Shown one piece after another: positions 47,249 to 57,603 of a DNA stretch of 64,000 bases (position 1 is its first letter; each line of letters opens with the position of its first letter). The DNA lies in IMG/VR virus record IMGVR_UViG_3300009181_007093; one strand, written 5' to 3'. The notes below the pieces were generated by a model. It was not told the origin of the DNA. It saw only the letters and a list, made by a program, of their open reading frames with translations, and ran no database searches. Position numbers and translations under genes: made by a program. Origin of the DNA: a virus.

Positions 47249-47944
47249 TTGAGTCAAAAAAAATCCGTTATTGAAAAATATGAATTAAAATCTGATGAAA
47301 TCGCTGCTTTTAATCTTGCCAAAATATGGATTGAACTTTGCAACTCCTATTTCCCCGATTACCAACATACTCGACTAAAATCAGGTGATCCTAGAAAATC
47401 TTTGATTTTTAAGATATGCTATAAGCTACAAAGAGAAACGGAAGAAATATTGGAAGAAAAAGATTATAATCTTTATGTGAGAGCACAATTAGAAGTTCTT
47501 AAATTTCAATCAATTAAAAATAAATTGGTTTTAATCGATCCTATGTGCTTGGTAGGAGAAAAAGCATGGAAACGATGGAAATTATGGCAAAGTAGGTATA
47601 AACAAAAACTTAAAGCACCATCGGTGAATAACTCTTTGAAATATAATCAACTTGGAGTTATAAAAGCAATCAACGGCATTTCTAAAACAAAACTGTTTAT
47701 TGAAAAAAGTATTGGAAAAACCCCCACACTAAAAGAATATGAAGATTTAAAAAGTAGCTTGCTACTGTGGGTTAATTTTGGTAATATTAGTCCGTATTAC
47801 GTAACTTTATCTCCGTATATGAAGAAGTTATTTGATGCTAAAGATTTTAAAAATTTTGATATCAAGGTTTATAGTGAATGTATAACTTTTGAAGTAGAAA
47901 AACTATTTAAAAAATTATTCTACTATGAGAATGACACAAAATGA
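47249..47944 (+). CDS. Hypothetical protein
   Basis: 231-aa ORF; TTG start with AGGTG SD. Confidence 0.75.
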   Translation: MSQKKSVIEKYELKSDEIAAFNLAKIWIELCNSYFPDYQHTRLKSGDPRKSLIFKICYKLQRETEEILEEKDYNLYVRAQLEVLKFQSIKNKLVLIDPMCLVGEKAWKRWKLWQSRYKQKLKAPSVNNSLKYNQLGVIKAINGISKTKLFIEKSIGKTPTLKEYEDLKSSLLLWVNFGNISPYYVTLSPYMKKLFDAKDFKNFDIKVYSECITFEVEKLFKKLFYYENDTK

Positions 47945-48135
47945 GAAAGTTCATGTTTGAGGACTTGGTTAAATTTGGTCAATATCACAACTATAAAGTT
48001 ACTAAAAATGAAAAAAATATCTACTGGCGTCTCAATAACACTAAATATGATGTTTGTGGAGTTTGTGGGACAGTGGAAGAAGCCTTTAAAGAAATATCCT
48101 CCGATATAAATACAAAAAAAAATAAAAATGAATAA
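47941..48135 (+). CDS. Hypothetical protein
   Basis: Overlaps both neighbouring genes. Confidence 0.55.
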   Translation: MRKFMFEDLVKFGQYHNYKVTKNEKNIYWRLNNTKYDVCGVCGTVEEAFKEISSDINTKKNKNE

Positions 48136-49543
48136 ATATTTACTAAAAATTGCTAATGATTATTCCTATCTCATATCTGACGATGATATTATTAAAAATG
48201 ATATGTGGACTCGTCTTAGGTTTAGAGAAAAAAATTATTTCCACAACCGTGCCTATAAAATGAAAAAATGGGATGGATACATCAACTTTTTTTCTATTGA
48301 AAATGGAAAGTTTTTAACAGGTCTGCTACCAGAGGTAAGTGCTGTTTTAAGACATAATAAGATTGAATATGAAGTTGAAGATACAAGAGAACAAACAAAA
48401 TTTAAAGAAAAAAATATAGATGAGAACTTTTTTAAAAATGATAATTGTGAAATTATCTTAAGAGATTATCAAGTTGAACTTATAAATCAAGTTATTAAGC
48501 ACAAAAGGGGTATAATTTTCGCACCTACCTCTGCCGGTAAATCTGCTGTTATGATGGGAATAATTAAAACGTTACCAAAGGGTACTCCAACGCTTGTTTT
48601 ACAAAATAGATTGTCTTTGGCACAGCAAAACTATGATGAAATGATAAAAATGGGTTTTGAGAATGTTGGTAATGCGTGGGGCGGATCAATTAAACCAAAC
48701 ATAATAACGGTAGCAACCGTGCAGTCAGTAAGTAAAATTGAAAAATTACTTCCAAAAATTAAAGTTTTAATTGTTGATGAAATCCACGATATGATGAGCA
48801 GGCTTCCAAAAGCAGTATATAGAAGATTAAAAGCATGTGATGTACGTGTTGCCGTAAGTGCTACTCCATTTAAATTTGGCGGTAAAGATGATGTACAAAA
48901 GTTTAATGTGCGGGGGTACTTCGGACCAGTACTCAAAGTGAAAAGTGCGGCAACAGGGGTATTAACCACTGCTGAGCTTCAAGGAAGAGGTATTCTTTCT
49001 GACTCTAATTGCATTTTCTATCCGATCAGAGAACCAATGATTCCTCACGATATCTATATTGATGCCGTAACGAGAGGCATTGCTGAAAGTTATCACTTCC
49101 ATAAAATTGTTACCCGATTGGCGAAAAAGCAGACGGGCAGAACTTTGATCTTGGTGGATCGAATAGCTCATGGTGATGCACTTCATGAGCTATTGCCAGA
49201 TAGTTTATGGGTTCAAGGAAAAGATGATTCTAAAACTAGAAAAAATGTTGTGAAACAACTTCAAAAAAATGAACATTGTTTAGCAATAGCAACACAACAA
49301 ATTTTCAATACGGGAATCAATTGTCACATTCACAATCTTATCAACTGTGCAGGTGGTGTTGCTGAACATATGATTATACAAAGAATGGGTAGAGGACTAC
49401 GAACTGCTGACGACAAAGAAGGACTAGACTATTATGATTTCTTATTTGAAATAAACGATTACCTTAAAAGTCACAGTGAAAGTCGCATCAAGATATTAAA
49501 GAAAGAAGGTCATGAAGTCACAATAAAAGAAATTGATTTCTGA
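48128..49543 (+). CDS. uvsW: UvsW-like SF2 helicase
   Basis: LRDYQ, APTSAGKS, DEIH, SATP, QRMGRGLR. Confidence 0.88.
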   Translation: MNKYLLKIANDYSYLISDDDIIKNDMWTRLRFREKNYFHNRAYKMKKWDGYINFFSIENGKFLTGLLPEVSAVLRHNKIEYEVEDTREQTKFKEKNIDENFFKNDNCEIILRDYQVELINQVIKHKRGIIFAPTSAGKSAVMMGIIKTLPKGTPTLVLQNRLSLAQQNYDEMIKMGFENVGNAWGGSIKPNIITVATVQSVSKIEKLLPKIKVLIVDEIHDMMSRLPKAVYRRLKACDVRVAVSATPFKFGGKDDVQKFNVRGYFGPVLKVKSAATGVLTTAELQGRGILSDSNCIFYPIREPMIPHDIYIDAVTRGIAESYHFHKIVTRLAKKQTGRTLILVDRIAHGDALHELLPDSLWVQGKDDSKTRKNVVKQLQKNEHCLAIATQQIFNTGINCHIHNLINCAGGVAEHMIIQRMGRGLRTADDKEGLDYYDFLFEINDYLKSHSESRIKILKKEGHEVTIKEIDF

Positions 49544-49564
49544 TTACCTAAGCATAAATAAGAT

Positions 49565-50245
49565 ATGGAAAATCAAAAAATTCACAATTTAAAGAAAGTC
49601 TGTGTACAATGTGGAAAAGAATTCCATGTTCGAGGGCCAAGTGAGCTTGAAATAAGGATAAATTGCTCTAAAAAATGTCAAATAGAGGCTACTCGCAAAA
49701 ATAAAACAAAATTAAAATGTTTAATTTGCGACAAAGAAATCTACGTTTTGCCATGCTTGATAGAAAAAACAAAATATTGCTCTCGAAAATGTAAAGGAAT
49801 AGATAAACGCAAAATAAAAGAAGAAGGAATAAGACAGTGTAACAAATGCAAAGAAATACTTTCACTGTCTAATTTTGGAAGCAAAGAATACATTTGCAGA
49901 GTTTGTAGATCTTTGATGGCAAAAATGAGATGTAGAACAGAAAAAGGAAGATTCGCCTGTGCTGGTAACATAGCAAATAGGCGCAATATGGAATGGACAA
50001 TTACAAAAGATCAATACAAATTGTTGATGTCGCAAAAATGTAATTATTGCAATTGTGATCTAAACCCTACAGGAACAGGATTAGATAGAATGAACAACAA
50101 AAAAGGATACACAATAGATAATGTTGTTCCTTGTTGCTCTGCTTGTAATGTAACTAGATCGGATAATTATTCGTATGAAGAAATGCTACTTTTGGCTGAA
50201 ACAATTAAGAAAATTAAATTTAGTAGGATAACTAATGGATATTAA
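49565..50245 (+). CDS. Zinc-finger HNH-type homing endonuclease
   Basis: Multiple CxxC/CSxKC; GLDRMNNKKGYTIDNVVPCCSACN. Confidence 0.85.
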   Translation: MENQKIHNLKKVCVQCGKEFHVRGPSELEIRINCSKKCQIEATRKNKTKLKCLICDKEIYVLPCLIEKTKYCSRKCKGIDKRKIKEEGIRQCNKCKEILSLSNFGSKEYICRVCRSLMAKMRCRTEKGRFACAGNIANRRNMEWTITKDQYKLLMSQKCNYCNCDLNPTGTGLDRMNNKKGYTIDNVVPCCSACNVTRSDNYSYEEMLLLAETIKKIKFSRITNGY

Positions 50246-50389
50246 TGATCAGCCAGATTTTTTTAAGAAACAAATCAATATGATTAATAAAAATACTTAA
50301 GCAACAAGGGCATACAATAGAAATAAAAGATTATTTGGGATTTTAATATATATAAAATATAAATAAAACATTATTTGGTAGGTTTAATA

Positions 50390-51012
50390 ATGAACATTAA
50401 TATCGAACCATTTTATTGTAACATAAAAAAATAACATCTTTTTGCATATGAAAGTAATTTTGAAGAATATGAATTAGTAATCGTATTTGTAGTAAGAAGT
50501 GTTGCAAATAGAGCGTTATTATTTCATTGTATGACAGAATCTGGAATGCAAAGAGCAAATGTTCCTATTTCTGCATTGGTTCATAAACTTGATGCTCCAA
50601 AAATAGATTTAGATTATCTTCAACTTTGGAACTGTTTCGGAAATGAAATTACTGTTTGCAAATTTGATTATCTTGTAAATTGGAGATGTCAAATCGCCAT
50701 GAAAGATAAGTCTAAACATTGGGCAACTTATTTGATTGGGAAAATAACAATTTTAGCTTAACTCCCAATGATTACAAGAATGCACATTTATTAAAATTAG
50801 ATAATGGGTGTTTTGCATTACAGCCAAATAATAGAATATTTTGGAAAGATTCAAATTTTATAACAAAGCCACTCGATCAGAAATCTATTCCAAAATATAA
50901 AGTTGATAAAGAAATTTTTGTATGTGAAAAAAGTGATCGATGGACAAGCGAAGATACAGATTGTTTTTATTATGAAATTATAAAAGTAGATGATAATTTT
51001 ACAACTACTTAA
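50390..51012 (+). pseudogene. Disrupted conserved phage gene
   Basis: ATG 50390 is in frame with 50531 but interrupted by TAA 50432-50434; frameshift near 50735 before DWENN...LDNGCFALQPNNR. Confidence 0.7.
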
Positions 51013-51394
51013 GCCACAATAAAAAATTTGATTTTGTTTTATATCCTTTGTCTCTTTTTAATATATTTTCTTTACTGTCCATAATCATGTAGTCTGGTAT
51101 GGATTTTACTGAAAATTTTTCAACAAGACCAGTCTCAATATCTTTATCCAGCTTTAAAACAATGAATTTGTCAAGTCTCTCAGATACATCTTTTTCATAA
51201 AACAAGTTGTTCATTTTCGTGCAATATACACACCATTCTGCACCAAAATATAAAAATATTTTTTTCCCACTAGACTTAGACAATATTACTGCATCATCAA
51301 AATTACGCACTTCTTCTGCAAAACAATCCATCGAAAAAATCATAAAACAATACAATACAATACAAAAAAATGTTTTCATTATACATACCTCCAT
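51005..51394 (-). CDS. Thioredoxin-like protein with signal peptide
   Basis: FGAEWCVYC; hydrophobic N-terminus; SIP. Confidence 0.85.
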   Translation of the reverse strand: MEVCIMKTFFCIVLYCFMIFSMDCFAEEVRNFDDAVILSKSSGKKIFLYFGAEWCVYCTKMNNLFYEKDVSERLDKFIVLKLDKDIETGLVEKFSVKSIPDYMIMDSKENILKRDKGYKTKSNFLLWLK

Positions 51395-51458
51395 GTTTAA
51401 CTGACATAATATATATGCAATACGATAATAATTTAATCAAAGCAACGTTATATAGACT

Positions 51459-52256
51459 ATGAGCAAAAGCATGAGATTTTCAAAATGGTTATTGGAATAC
51501 GCCGATTATGGATTCGGAAAAGAATCCATGAAAAATTCAAATGATCTATATGATGGTAAAGACAAACCTTGGTCTTTATTTAAAACAGAAGAATTTTTTA
51601 ATGAACTAAGAAGTTTAATCCTGTCGGAAGATAAACAAATAACAAAAGACTGGCAGACTTATATTGATTGGATACAAAATAATAATAATATGTCTGTTGT
51701 TATAAACCCATTTGGAAGTTTACGAATAACAACAAGAAAAACAATAAAAGACCTTAATGGAGATTCTGTGCAAGTTTGTAAGCATGTTTTCGATATTGAT
51801 GATCATCATGTAGATCAAGAAAAAAATATAGCAAACCACATATATGATCTTGCCGTAGAATCTAGCAAAGACGATTCAGATTATGCATCTGGTAAATACA
51901 ATGGTACTAAAAAACTAGCAAGAGAATTATTTAATGCAACGCAGAGCAAACATCCAAAATATATCATGTTTCCTGTAAAGTTTTTAGAAATGAATTCAGA
52001 TTACTACAAAATTGTTTTTGAGTTTAAAGGTTCTGGTGCTGGAACTCCAAATCAATCTACTGCCTTACAATTTGATATTGATATAATTTTTGATAAAGAA
52101 AAAGGACTTATACGTTGCTGGGGATATAATATTGATAGTCCTTCTAATAAAAAACAATTCAACATACAGCCAAGCGAATGGGATGAATATTTTTCTCCAC
52201 AAGAGTCAAACTCTAAGATAATCTCAGTAATAACGACTACTTTTATGACATACTAG
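51459..52256 (+). CDS. Hypothetical protein with CTS-like N-terminus
   Basis: MRFSKWLLE. Confidence 0.75.
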   Translation: MSKSMRFSKWLLEYADYGFGKESMKNSNDLYDGKDKPWSLFKTEEFFNELRSLILSEDKQITKDWQTYIDWIQNNNNMSVVINPFGSLRITTRKTIKDLNGDSVQVCKHVFDIDDHHVDQEKNIANHIYDLAVESSKDDSDYASGKYNGTKKLARELFNATQSKHPKYIMFPVKFLEMNSDYYKIVFEFKGSGAGTPNQSTALQFDIDIIFDKEKGLIRCWGYNIDSPSNKKQFNIQPSEWDEYFSPQESNSKIISVITTTFMTY

Positions 52257-52263
52257 GAGTTAT

Positions 52264-52635
52264 TTGACACGTTATAATTTAAATATACTTTTTTTTTATG
52301 AAGATAGCTTTCAAAAAGAACAGGCTGATAAATATAAAAGAGAATTAATTAATTTTAAGGTTGAAATTTGTTCTTTTATACATTTTAGAGAATTTGATTA
52401 TTTTGATTATGATGTTATCTGTTATTTAAATGAAGAAAAAACACTCGGTACATATAAACACAAAAAAATTCTTATAGAAACAAAACCAATTGAGCAAGAC
52501 ATTGAAAGTTTGTATTTAAATTATGATGTTATAATTTTGAAAAATAAAACGCAAGCTATGAACGTAGAGAAAAACAATAGATTGTTTTTCATCGATCAAT
52601 TAGGTTTGAATGAAATATTTCATGAACTATTTTAG
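52264..52635 (+). CDS. Hypothetical protein
   Basis: AGGAG SD with TTG start. Confidence 0.65.
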   Translation: MTRYNLNILFFYEDSFQKEQADKYKRELINFKVEICSFIHFREFDYFDYDVICYLNEEKTLGTYKHKKILIETKPIEQDIESLYLNYDVIILKNKTQAMNVEKNNRLFFIDQLGLNEIFHELF

Positions 52636-52974
52636 ATAAAACATATTGCCACCGTTGCTTTTTGGCAATGATTCAATATACTTTTCAACTTTTTTTGTGC
52701 TTCCAATTATAGATGCAATTTTTATTGTTGTATTTTTATTTACGAATTGTTTCCATACTTTTCTATTCTTTATTTTAAAAGAATTTTCTTCTTTTATTAT
52801 TGTTTCAAAGCCACACATAAAACACCATACCCAATACATATTATTATCAAGCTTACTAACGACTTCGTTATAATATTTGTTCCATGAAAAATTTCTTTTT
52901 TTAAACATTAAACTATATCGCTGTGACATTAAATCTATTTGATGCTCATAAAAATCTTTATCTAAATTGTTCAT
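52627..52974 (-). CDS. Hypothetical protein
   Basis: 115-aa ORF. Confidence 0.6.
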   Translation of the reverse strand: MNNLDKDFYEHQIDLMSQRYSLMFKKRNFSWNKYYNEVVSKLDNNMYWVWCFMCGFETIIKEENSFKIKNRKVWKQFVNKNTTIKIASIIGSTKKVEKYIESLPKSNGGNMFYLK

Positions 52975-52986
52975 GAATTTATGGTA

Positions 52987-53742
52987 CTATTCCGTAGTTA
53001 TATAGCTTATGTTATCACTAAGAAATAATCCTTTTTCAAAGTGTATATTAAATAAATCTTTTTGCACAATACAAAAAGATTTATTTATTCTAATAGCTTG
53101 TGCCAATGAATGTGCTCCTGACAACAAACAAAAGAATACATCACATGAAAATATATAATCACAATATTCAAAAATAGAATCTACATAAATTGTTTTTTGA
53201 TCATTAATTGAATTTTTTTCTTCTGAGTATGATAATTTTTTACTTTTTATGAAATTGATAGTATGCTCAGGGAATTTATTTTTTATAATTTCTAGTAGAG
53301 CTTCTTTTTTATTTGAATATTCGTGGTTTGTGGATGCATTACAATCAAAGATCAACCTTTTTTCAACTTTATATATTTTATTTGGCTTGTAGTGAATTTC
53401 TGGTTTTGAAAATGGTACTCGATCAAACCCATGGGCAGCTTCAATATTTGATATGCTATTTGATGTTTTTTGCCAAATCCTAATAGCTTTTTTTTGAACG
53501 GCAGAACATTCCATACCGATATTGGGGGTCATATCAGAGAACCCTGAAACATATGGATTACGTTCCCAAACTAGTTCTTTTATTTCTTCATTACTAAAAT
53601 TACACTTTGTGCTTATAAAAACCTTTTTGTTAATTGAGCTAAAAAGCCTAGGAAGTGTACTATGCTGTAAGTGGTCTCCCAGACCCCCGAACGGATGATA
53701 AAGACACACTGTGTCTGCTACTGGTTTAATAAACTTAAGCAT
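52987..53742 (-). CDS. Putative GT-B glycosyltransferase-like protein
   Basis: GGLGDHL; IFSCDVFFCLLSGAHSLA. Confidence 0.55.
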   Translation of the reverse strand: MLKFIKPVADTVCLYHPFGGLGDHLQHSTLPRLFSSINKKVFISTKCNFSNEEIKELVWERNPYVSGFSDMTPNIGMECSAVQKKAIRIWQKTSNSISNIEAAHGFDRVPFSKPEIHYKPNKIYKVEKRLIFDCNASTNHEYSNKKEALLEIIKNKFPEHTINFIKSKKLSYSEEKNSINDQKTIYVDSIFEYCDYIFSCDVFFCLLSGAHSLAQAIRINKSFCIVQKDLFNIHFEKGLFLSDNISYITTE

Positions 53743-54095
53743 GGGAAACGACTTATATTTGTGATTAACATTGTTTTCTTATCAGACATTAAATCAAATA
53801 TTGAAACGTAGAACTTTTCTTTTTTCTTATTATATAGTATTTTTATGTTGCAATAGTCTTTGCTTTTGTATTCTACGAACATGTATTTTTCATTGTTCTG
53901 TTTCCACTTCTTAAGTGGGTTAACAATTATGTTGTAATGGCACATGTTTCTAATAGAAAACTCTATCATAGGCTTTTTTTCTATAATAATTTTTTCATAT
54001 CCATTTGCTATTTTCAAATATCCTTTTGTGTAAAAAAGAAAACTATTATTTCCTATTTTTGGGATTAGGATTCGATCTGTGTATTTTCTTTTCAT
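53718..54095 (-). CDS. Hypothetical protein
   Basis: 125-aa ORF. Confidence 0.6.
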   Translation of the reverse strand: MKRKYTDRILIPKIGNNSFLFYTKGYLKIANGYEKIIIEKKPMIEFSIRNMCHYNIIVNPLKKWKQNNEKYMFVEYKSKDYCNIKILYNKKKEKFYVSIFDLMSDKKTMLITNISRFPCLSLLNQ

Positions 54096-54144
54096 AATGA
54101 TATATAATGTTATTACTTTTCATGAAAAAAATCAAGGCTAGAAT

Positions 54145-54846
54145 ATGTACTCAAAAAGAGCTTGCCAAAACACAAACAATATTAGCAAAGCTTCTTTTCT
54201 TGCAATGCTTCCAAGCGTGCCAGACGCAAGATACATTACTGTCGTAGAAACTGGGGATGTTGTAAGAATAGATCGTTTAAACTCTAGCCCGATACAGAAA
54301 TTAGTTTTAAATTCATCTGGTTCTGGATACTCTAGTGCACCAACAATAGAGTTCAGACCTAAAATTGGCGGATTGAATAGTTTTAGATTCGATGAAGAAT
54401 GGCAAAAGCTTCCTAGGCGTGATGCTAACGGAAACATCATTGCTGGTGAACTAGCAGGACTTGGTCCACTATATTATCTACATCCAGATTTTTCTCATTC
54501 TCAAAGGGACGCAGAAGCAGAGGCAATTGTTGTAAATGGTGCGGTGACGGAAATTAATATAGTAAATGCCGGATATGGGTACACAAAAGCTCCTAACATT
54601 TTTTTTATAGGTGGTGGTGGTAATGGAGCGAGTGCCACAGCTTATTTGAAAGATTTTTATAAAAATATAAAGAATGGAGTTTATAAGAACAAATATAAAC
54701 CAATAGAAACAGCATACCCAAGAAAAATTTTAGTAGATAATCCAAATTGGACAATTAATAGTTTTAATCCAAGAACTAGAGAAATTTGTATATCAATTGG
54801 ATCTAAAGTTTTAAGTTATACTGTGCCTAGTCAAAAGAGCCTTTAA
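54145..54846 (+). CDS. Putative virion structural protein
   Basis: GSGYSSAPTI and GYGYTKAPNI..GGGGNGASATA repeats, typical of myophage baseplate/tail proteins. Confidence 0.55.
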   Translation: MYSKRACQNTNNISKASFLAMLPSVPDARYITVVETGDVVRIDRLNSSPIQKLVLNSSGSGYSSAPTIEFRPKIGGLNSFRFDEEWQKLPRRDANGNIIAGELAGLGPLYYLHPDFSHSQRDAEAEAIVVNGAVTEINIVNAGYGYTKAPNIFFIGGGGNGASATAYLKDFYKNIKNGVYKNKYKPIETAYPRKILVDNPNWTINSFNPRTREICISIGSKVLSYTVPSQKSL

Positions 54847-56110
54847 TATAGCCAATAAACTCATCTGCGTTATCTTTACTAAAAATTAAATTTGGTCGTA
54901 GTCTTATAGATTTTTCTCCACATGGTAGTATAGATGCGTTTTTACTTAAACGTTTTAATACAGTATCTCTTTTTTCAGAAGATACAAGATCAAAAGCTAT
55001 CATAAGACCGATACCTCTAATGTTTTCTATATTTGATACCTTTTTTAATTCTGATAGAAAATATGCCCCAACATTTTTTGCATTATCAACAAGATTATCT
55101 TCTTGTATTACGTCTATAATTTTATTAAATCTACACATATCCATAATGTTGCCGCCCCAAGTTGAACTAATCCTGCTGGATTCATGGAACACATTATCTT
55201 TTACCTCATCAATCCTAGTAGTAGAAGCAAAGCCACAAACTTGTGTTTTTTTTCCAAACGCAATCATATCGGGTATTATTCCGAAATGCTCATAAGCCCA
55301 CATTTTTCCAGTAAGTCCAACACCGGACTGTACTTCGTCTAATATCAATAGTGTTTCGTATTGATCGGCTAGTTTACGCAAGGATTTAAAAAATTCTGGT
55401 CTAAAGTGATTCTCACCTCCTTCACCTTGGATGGTCTCCAGAATTATAGCTGCTACATTTTTCGATTGAAGAGCTTTTTCTGCTTGTAGCAAACTCAACT
55501 CTTCATCTATTATAGCTTTGCTTTCTACTATAGGAAAGTTCAACTTTGGGTTGCTTATTCTAGTCCAATTAAACTTTGGGAATAACGCAACTTTATTTTG
55601 TATTGTATTTGTAAGAGATAAGCAATACCCACTTCTTCCGTGAAATGCTTGCTTAAGATGTATGATATCAAATTTATTGATTATTGAATCGCAAGCTTTA
55701 TTGGTTAACCCTAGTTTTTTAGCTTTCCAGTCAAACGCTGCTTTTATTGCATTTTCTACTCCTAAAGTTCCTCCTTCTATAAAAAAAAGATATTTAAAGT
55801 CTGGTGTAATTTTAGAAAACTTTTGTACGAATTCTGCATAAACAGATGTGTAAAAATCACAATTTGCAATTTTGTGTAGTGCACAAAATTCAAAGCTTTT
55901 CATGTCATTTTTGAAATGCTCTTTTAATTTTGGGTTATTCCAACCCAATGCCATGCTCGCATACTGACCAGAACAATCAAGATATTTATTGTGGTTAAGA
56001 GCATCAACTAAATGAACTCCTTCACTACGTTCAAAATCTATGACTATTTTCTCCCCATCACCAATTGTGTGGTTACATATTATTTCGTGAACGTTTTCTG
56101 GATTTATCAT
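54827..56110 (-). CDS. lat: L-lysine 6-aminotransferase (class III PLP aminotransferase)
   Basis: VENAIKAAFDWK, AFHGRSGY.LSLTNT, ETIQGEGG, DEVQSG, FGKKTQVCG, SSTWGGN. Confidence 0.88.
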   Translation of the reverse strand: MINPENVHEIICNHTIGDGEKIVIDFERSEGVHLVDALNHNKYLDCSGQYASMALGWNNPKLKEHFKNDMKSFEFCALHKIANCDFYTSVYAEFVQKFSKITPDFKYLFFIEGGTLGVENAIKAAFDWKAKKLGLTNKACDSIINKFDIIHLKQAFHGRSGYCLSLTNTIQNKVALFPKFNWTRISNPKLNFPIVESKAIIDEELSLLQAEKALQSKNVAAIILETIQGEGGENHFRPEFFKSLRKLADQYETLLILDEVQSGVGLTGKMWAYEHFGIIPDMIAFGKKTQVCGFASTTRIDEVKDNVFHESSRISSTWGGNIMDMCRFNKIIDVIQEDNLVDNAKNVGAYFLSELKKVSNIENIRGIGLMIAFDLVSSEKRDTVLKRLSKNASILPCGEKSIRLRPNLIFSKDNADEFIGYIKGSFD

Positions 56111-56111
56111 A

Positions 56112-56429
56112 TCAAATATAACCAATTTTGATTGCTTTTTTTATATCTTCTGCTGTTACTTTTCTTCCAATAAAGTCTGATACGCTTTCTGTAAAATGCT
56201 TTTCTATATCCTTTTGTACGGCACGCATGAATTTTGGACCCATTTTTGTAGCTTCCATTAAAGAGTCTATATCAACTTGCCAATCCAATAGCTCTCCTCC
56301 TATGAAAATCGCCTTTTCAATTCCACCACCCGGAGTTGGTCTCATCTTTACTTCAAAAGTTTTTTTATCGAACTCTGCCAAAATTTCATTTTGTTTTACT
56401 ATGTCTTCTGATTCTTCTGATTCTTCCAT
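56112..56429 (-). CDS. Hypothetical protein
   Basis: 105-aa ORF. Confidence 0.7.
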   Translation of the reverse strand: MEESEESEDIVKQNEILAEFDKKTFEVKMRPTPGGGIEKAIFIGGELLDWQVDIDSLMEATKMGPKFMRAVQKDIEKHFTESVSDFIGRKVTAEDIKKAIKIGYI

Positions 56430-56539
56430 TATTACCCTTCTTTTAATATGGTGGTTCGCTATTAAATAAAGTAGTACAAATTAAATCAAAATCGTATTTA
56501 AATTTTTAAATTTTATCTGTATTGAAAGATAAATAGTAT

Positions 56540-57064
56540 ATGAGATTTAAACAATTTTTATTAGAGGGAAGCATACAAGAATTGTATGTTAGTACTGTTA
56601 AGGCATTCCCTGAAACTACTAAAAGACAAAACTCAATTGATACAATTAGAATAGTTAAATTAGAATGGATTCCATATCTAGATTTTAAAACATTGTATAT
56701 CAAGGGTCTGGCACAGAATATAGAAAATTCTAAAGAATATATGCCAATAATTGTTTTTAAAAATATAAAATATATGGATGAAAAATCTAAAAATACCGTA
56801 CAAATAGTTGATAAAAACAACAAAAAGTATATTATAGAAAAAATAGATCACAACAATAAAGTACTAGTAAGATGCAATTGTAAAGATTTCTTTTGGAGAG
56901 GAAACTATCCAAATCATTTAGATAAATCTTTATATGGCAGAAAAAGAAAGCCATATTCAGCAGTTGGAACAGGCAAGGCAGCGAATCCAAAAAACGATCC
57001 GATGTTGTGTAAACATATTATTAAATTACACAAAGTTTTAGAACAGTCAGGAATAACATACTAA
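56540..57064 (+). CDS. SWIM-like zinc-finger protein with CTS-like N-terminus
   Basis: VRCNCKDF...LCKH; MRFKQFLLE. Confidence 0.75.
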   Translation: MRFKQFLLEGSIQELYVSTVKAFPETTKRQNSIDTIRIVKLEWIPYLDFKTLYIKGLAQNIENSKEYMPIIVFKNIKYMDEKSKNTVQIVDKNNKKYIIEKIDHNNKVLVRCNCKDFFWRGNYPNHLDKSLYGRKRKPYSAVGTGKAANPKNDPMLCKHIIKLHKVLEQSGITY

Positions 57065-57077
57065 TCAAGGAGGAACA

Positions 57078-57602
57078 ATGAGTTTTGAAGATTTTATTGA
57101 TACCTTTAAGGACATAGAAGGTATAAGAGTTGTTAGCTTTAATAAAAATACAAATTCTGTTTATTATGAGTTGCTAGAAGAAAAAACTCAAAAAGAAATT
57201 GTTTTTATAGTTGAAAACTTACACAGCATGCATGGCTGTGATGTGTTTTTAAGAAATCCAGAAAAAATGTTTTATAAATTAATTATTGGAGCACTTAACA
57301 TAGATCACACATTAACCTTATTTTCAAATCAGGTAAAATCTATAGTGGAATTACAAAAGAATACAAAAACTACTCAACTTAAAGAACTTGGTCTTCCTGA
57401 TCTTTCTTTGGTTACAATATATCAAATGACGAATGAACTTAAAAGTCGCAAAAACTTAGTTTTTTCTTTAGTTTGGGTAGAAAGTAATGAACACGATAAT
57501 ATTGCTATAGAAGGATCTGGAAATCCCAACCAAATAATAGGATTACTAGCAAGAGGAACACATATGGCAATCGAATGGGCAGAGAAATATAATGGAAAAT
57601 GA
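57078..57602 (+). CDS. Hypothetical protein
   Basis: AGGAGG SD. Confidence 0.75.
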   Translation: MSFEDFIDTFKDIEGIRVVSFNKNTNSVYYELLEEKTQKEIVFIVENLHSMHGCDVFLRNPEKMFYKLIIGALNIDHTLTLFSNQVKSIVELQKNTKTTQLKELGLPDLSLVTIYQMTNELKSRKNLVFSLVWVESNEHDNIAIEGSGNPNQIIGLLARGTHMAIEWAEKYNGK

Positions 57603-57603
57603 A

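Noticed and set aside
49310-49350. INCHIHNLINC in UvsW as a mini-intein scar
   Set aside because: It aligns by eye with ordinary helicase motif V and is far too short for a Hint domain
50432-50434. Stop-codon reassignment
   Set aside because: A single in-frame TAA in a gene that is also frameshifted; TAA, TAG and TGA all end intact genes elsewhere
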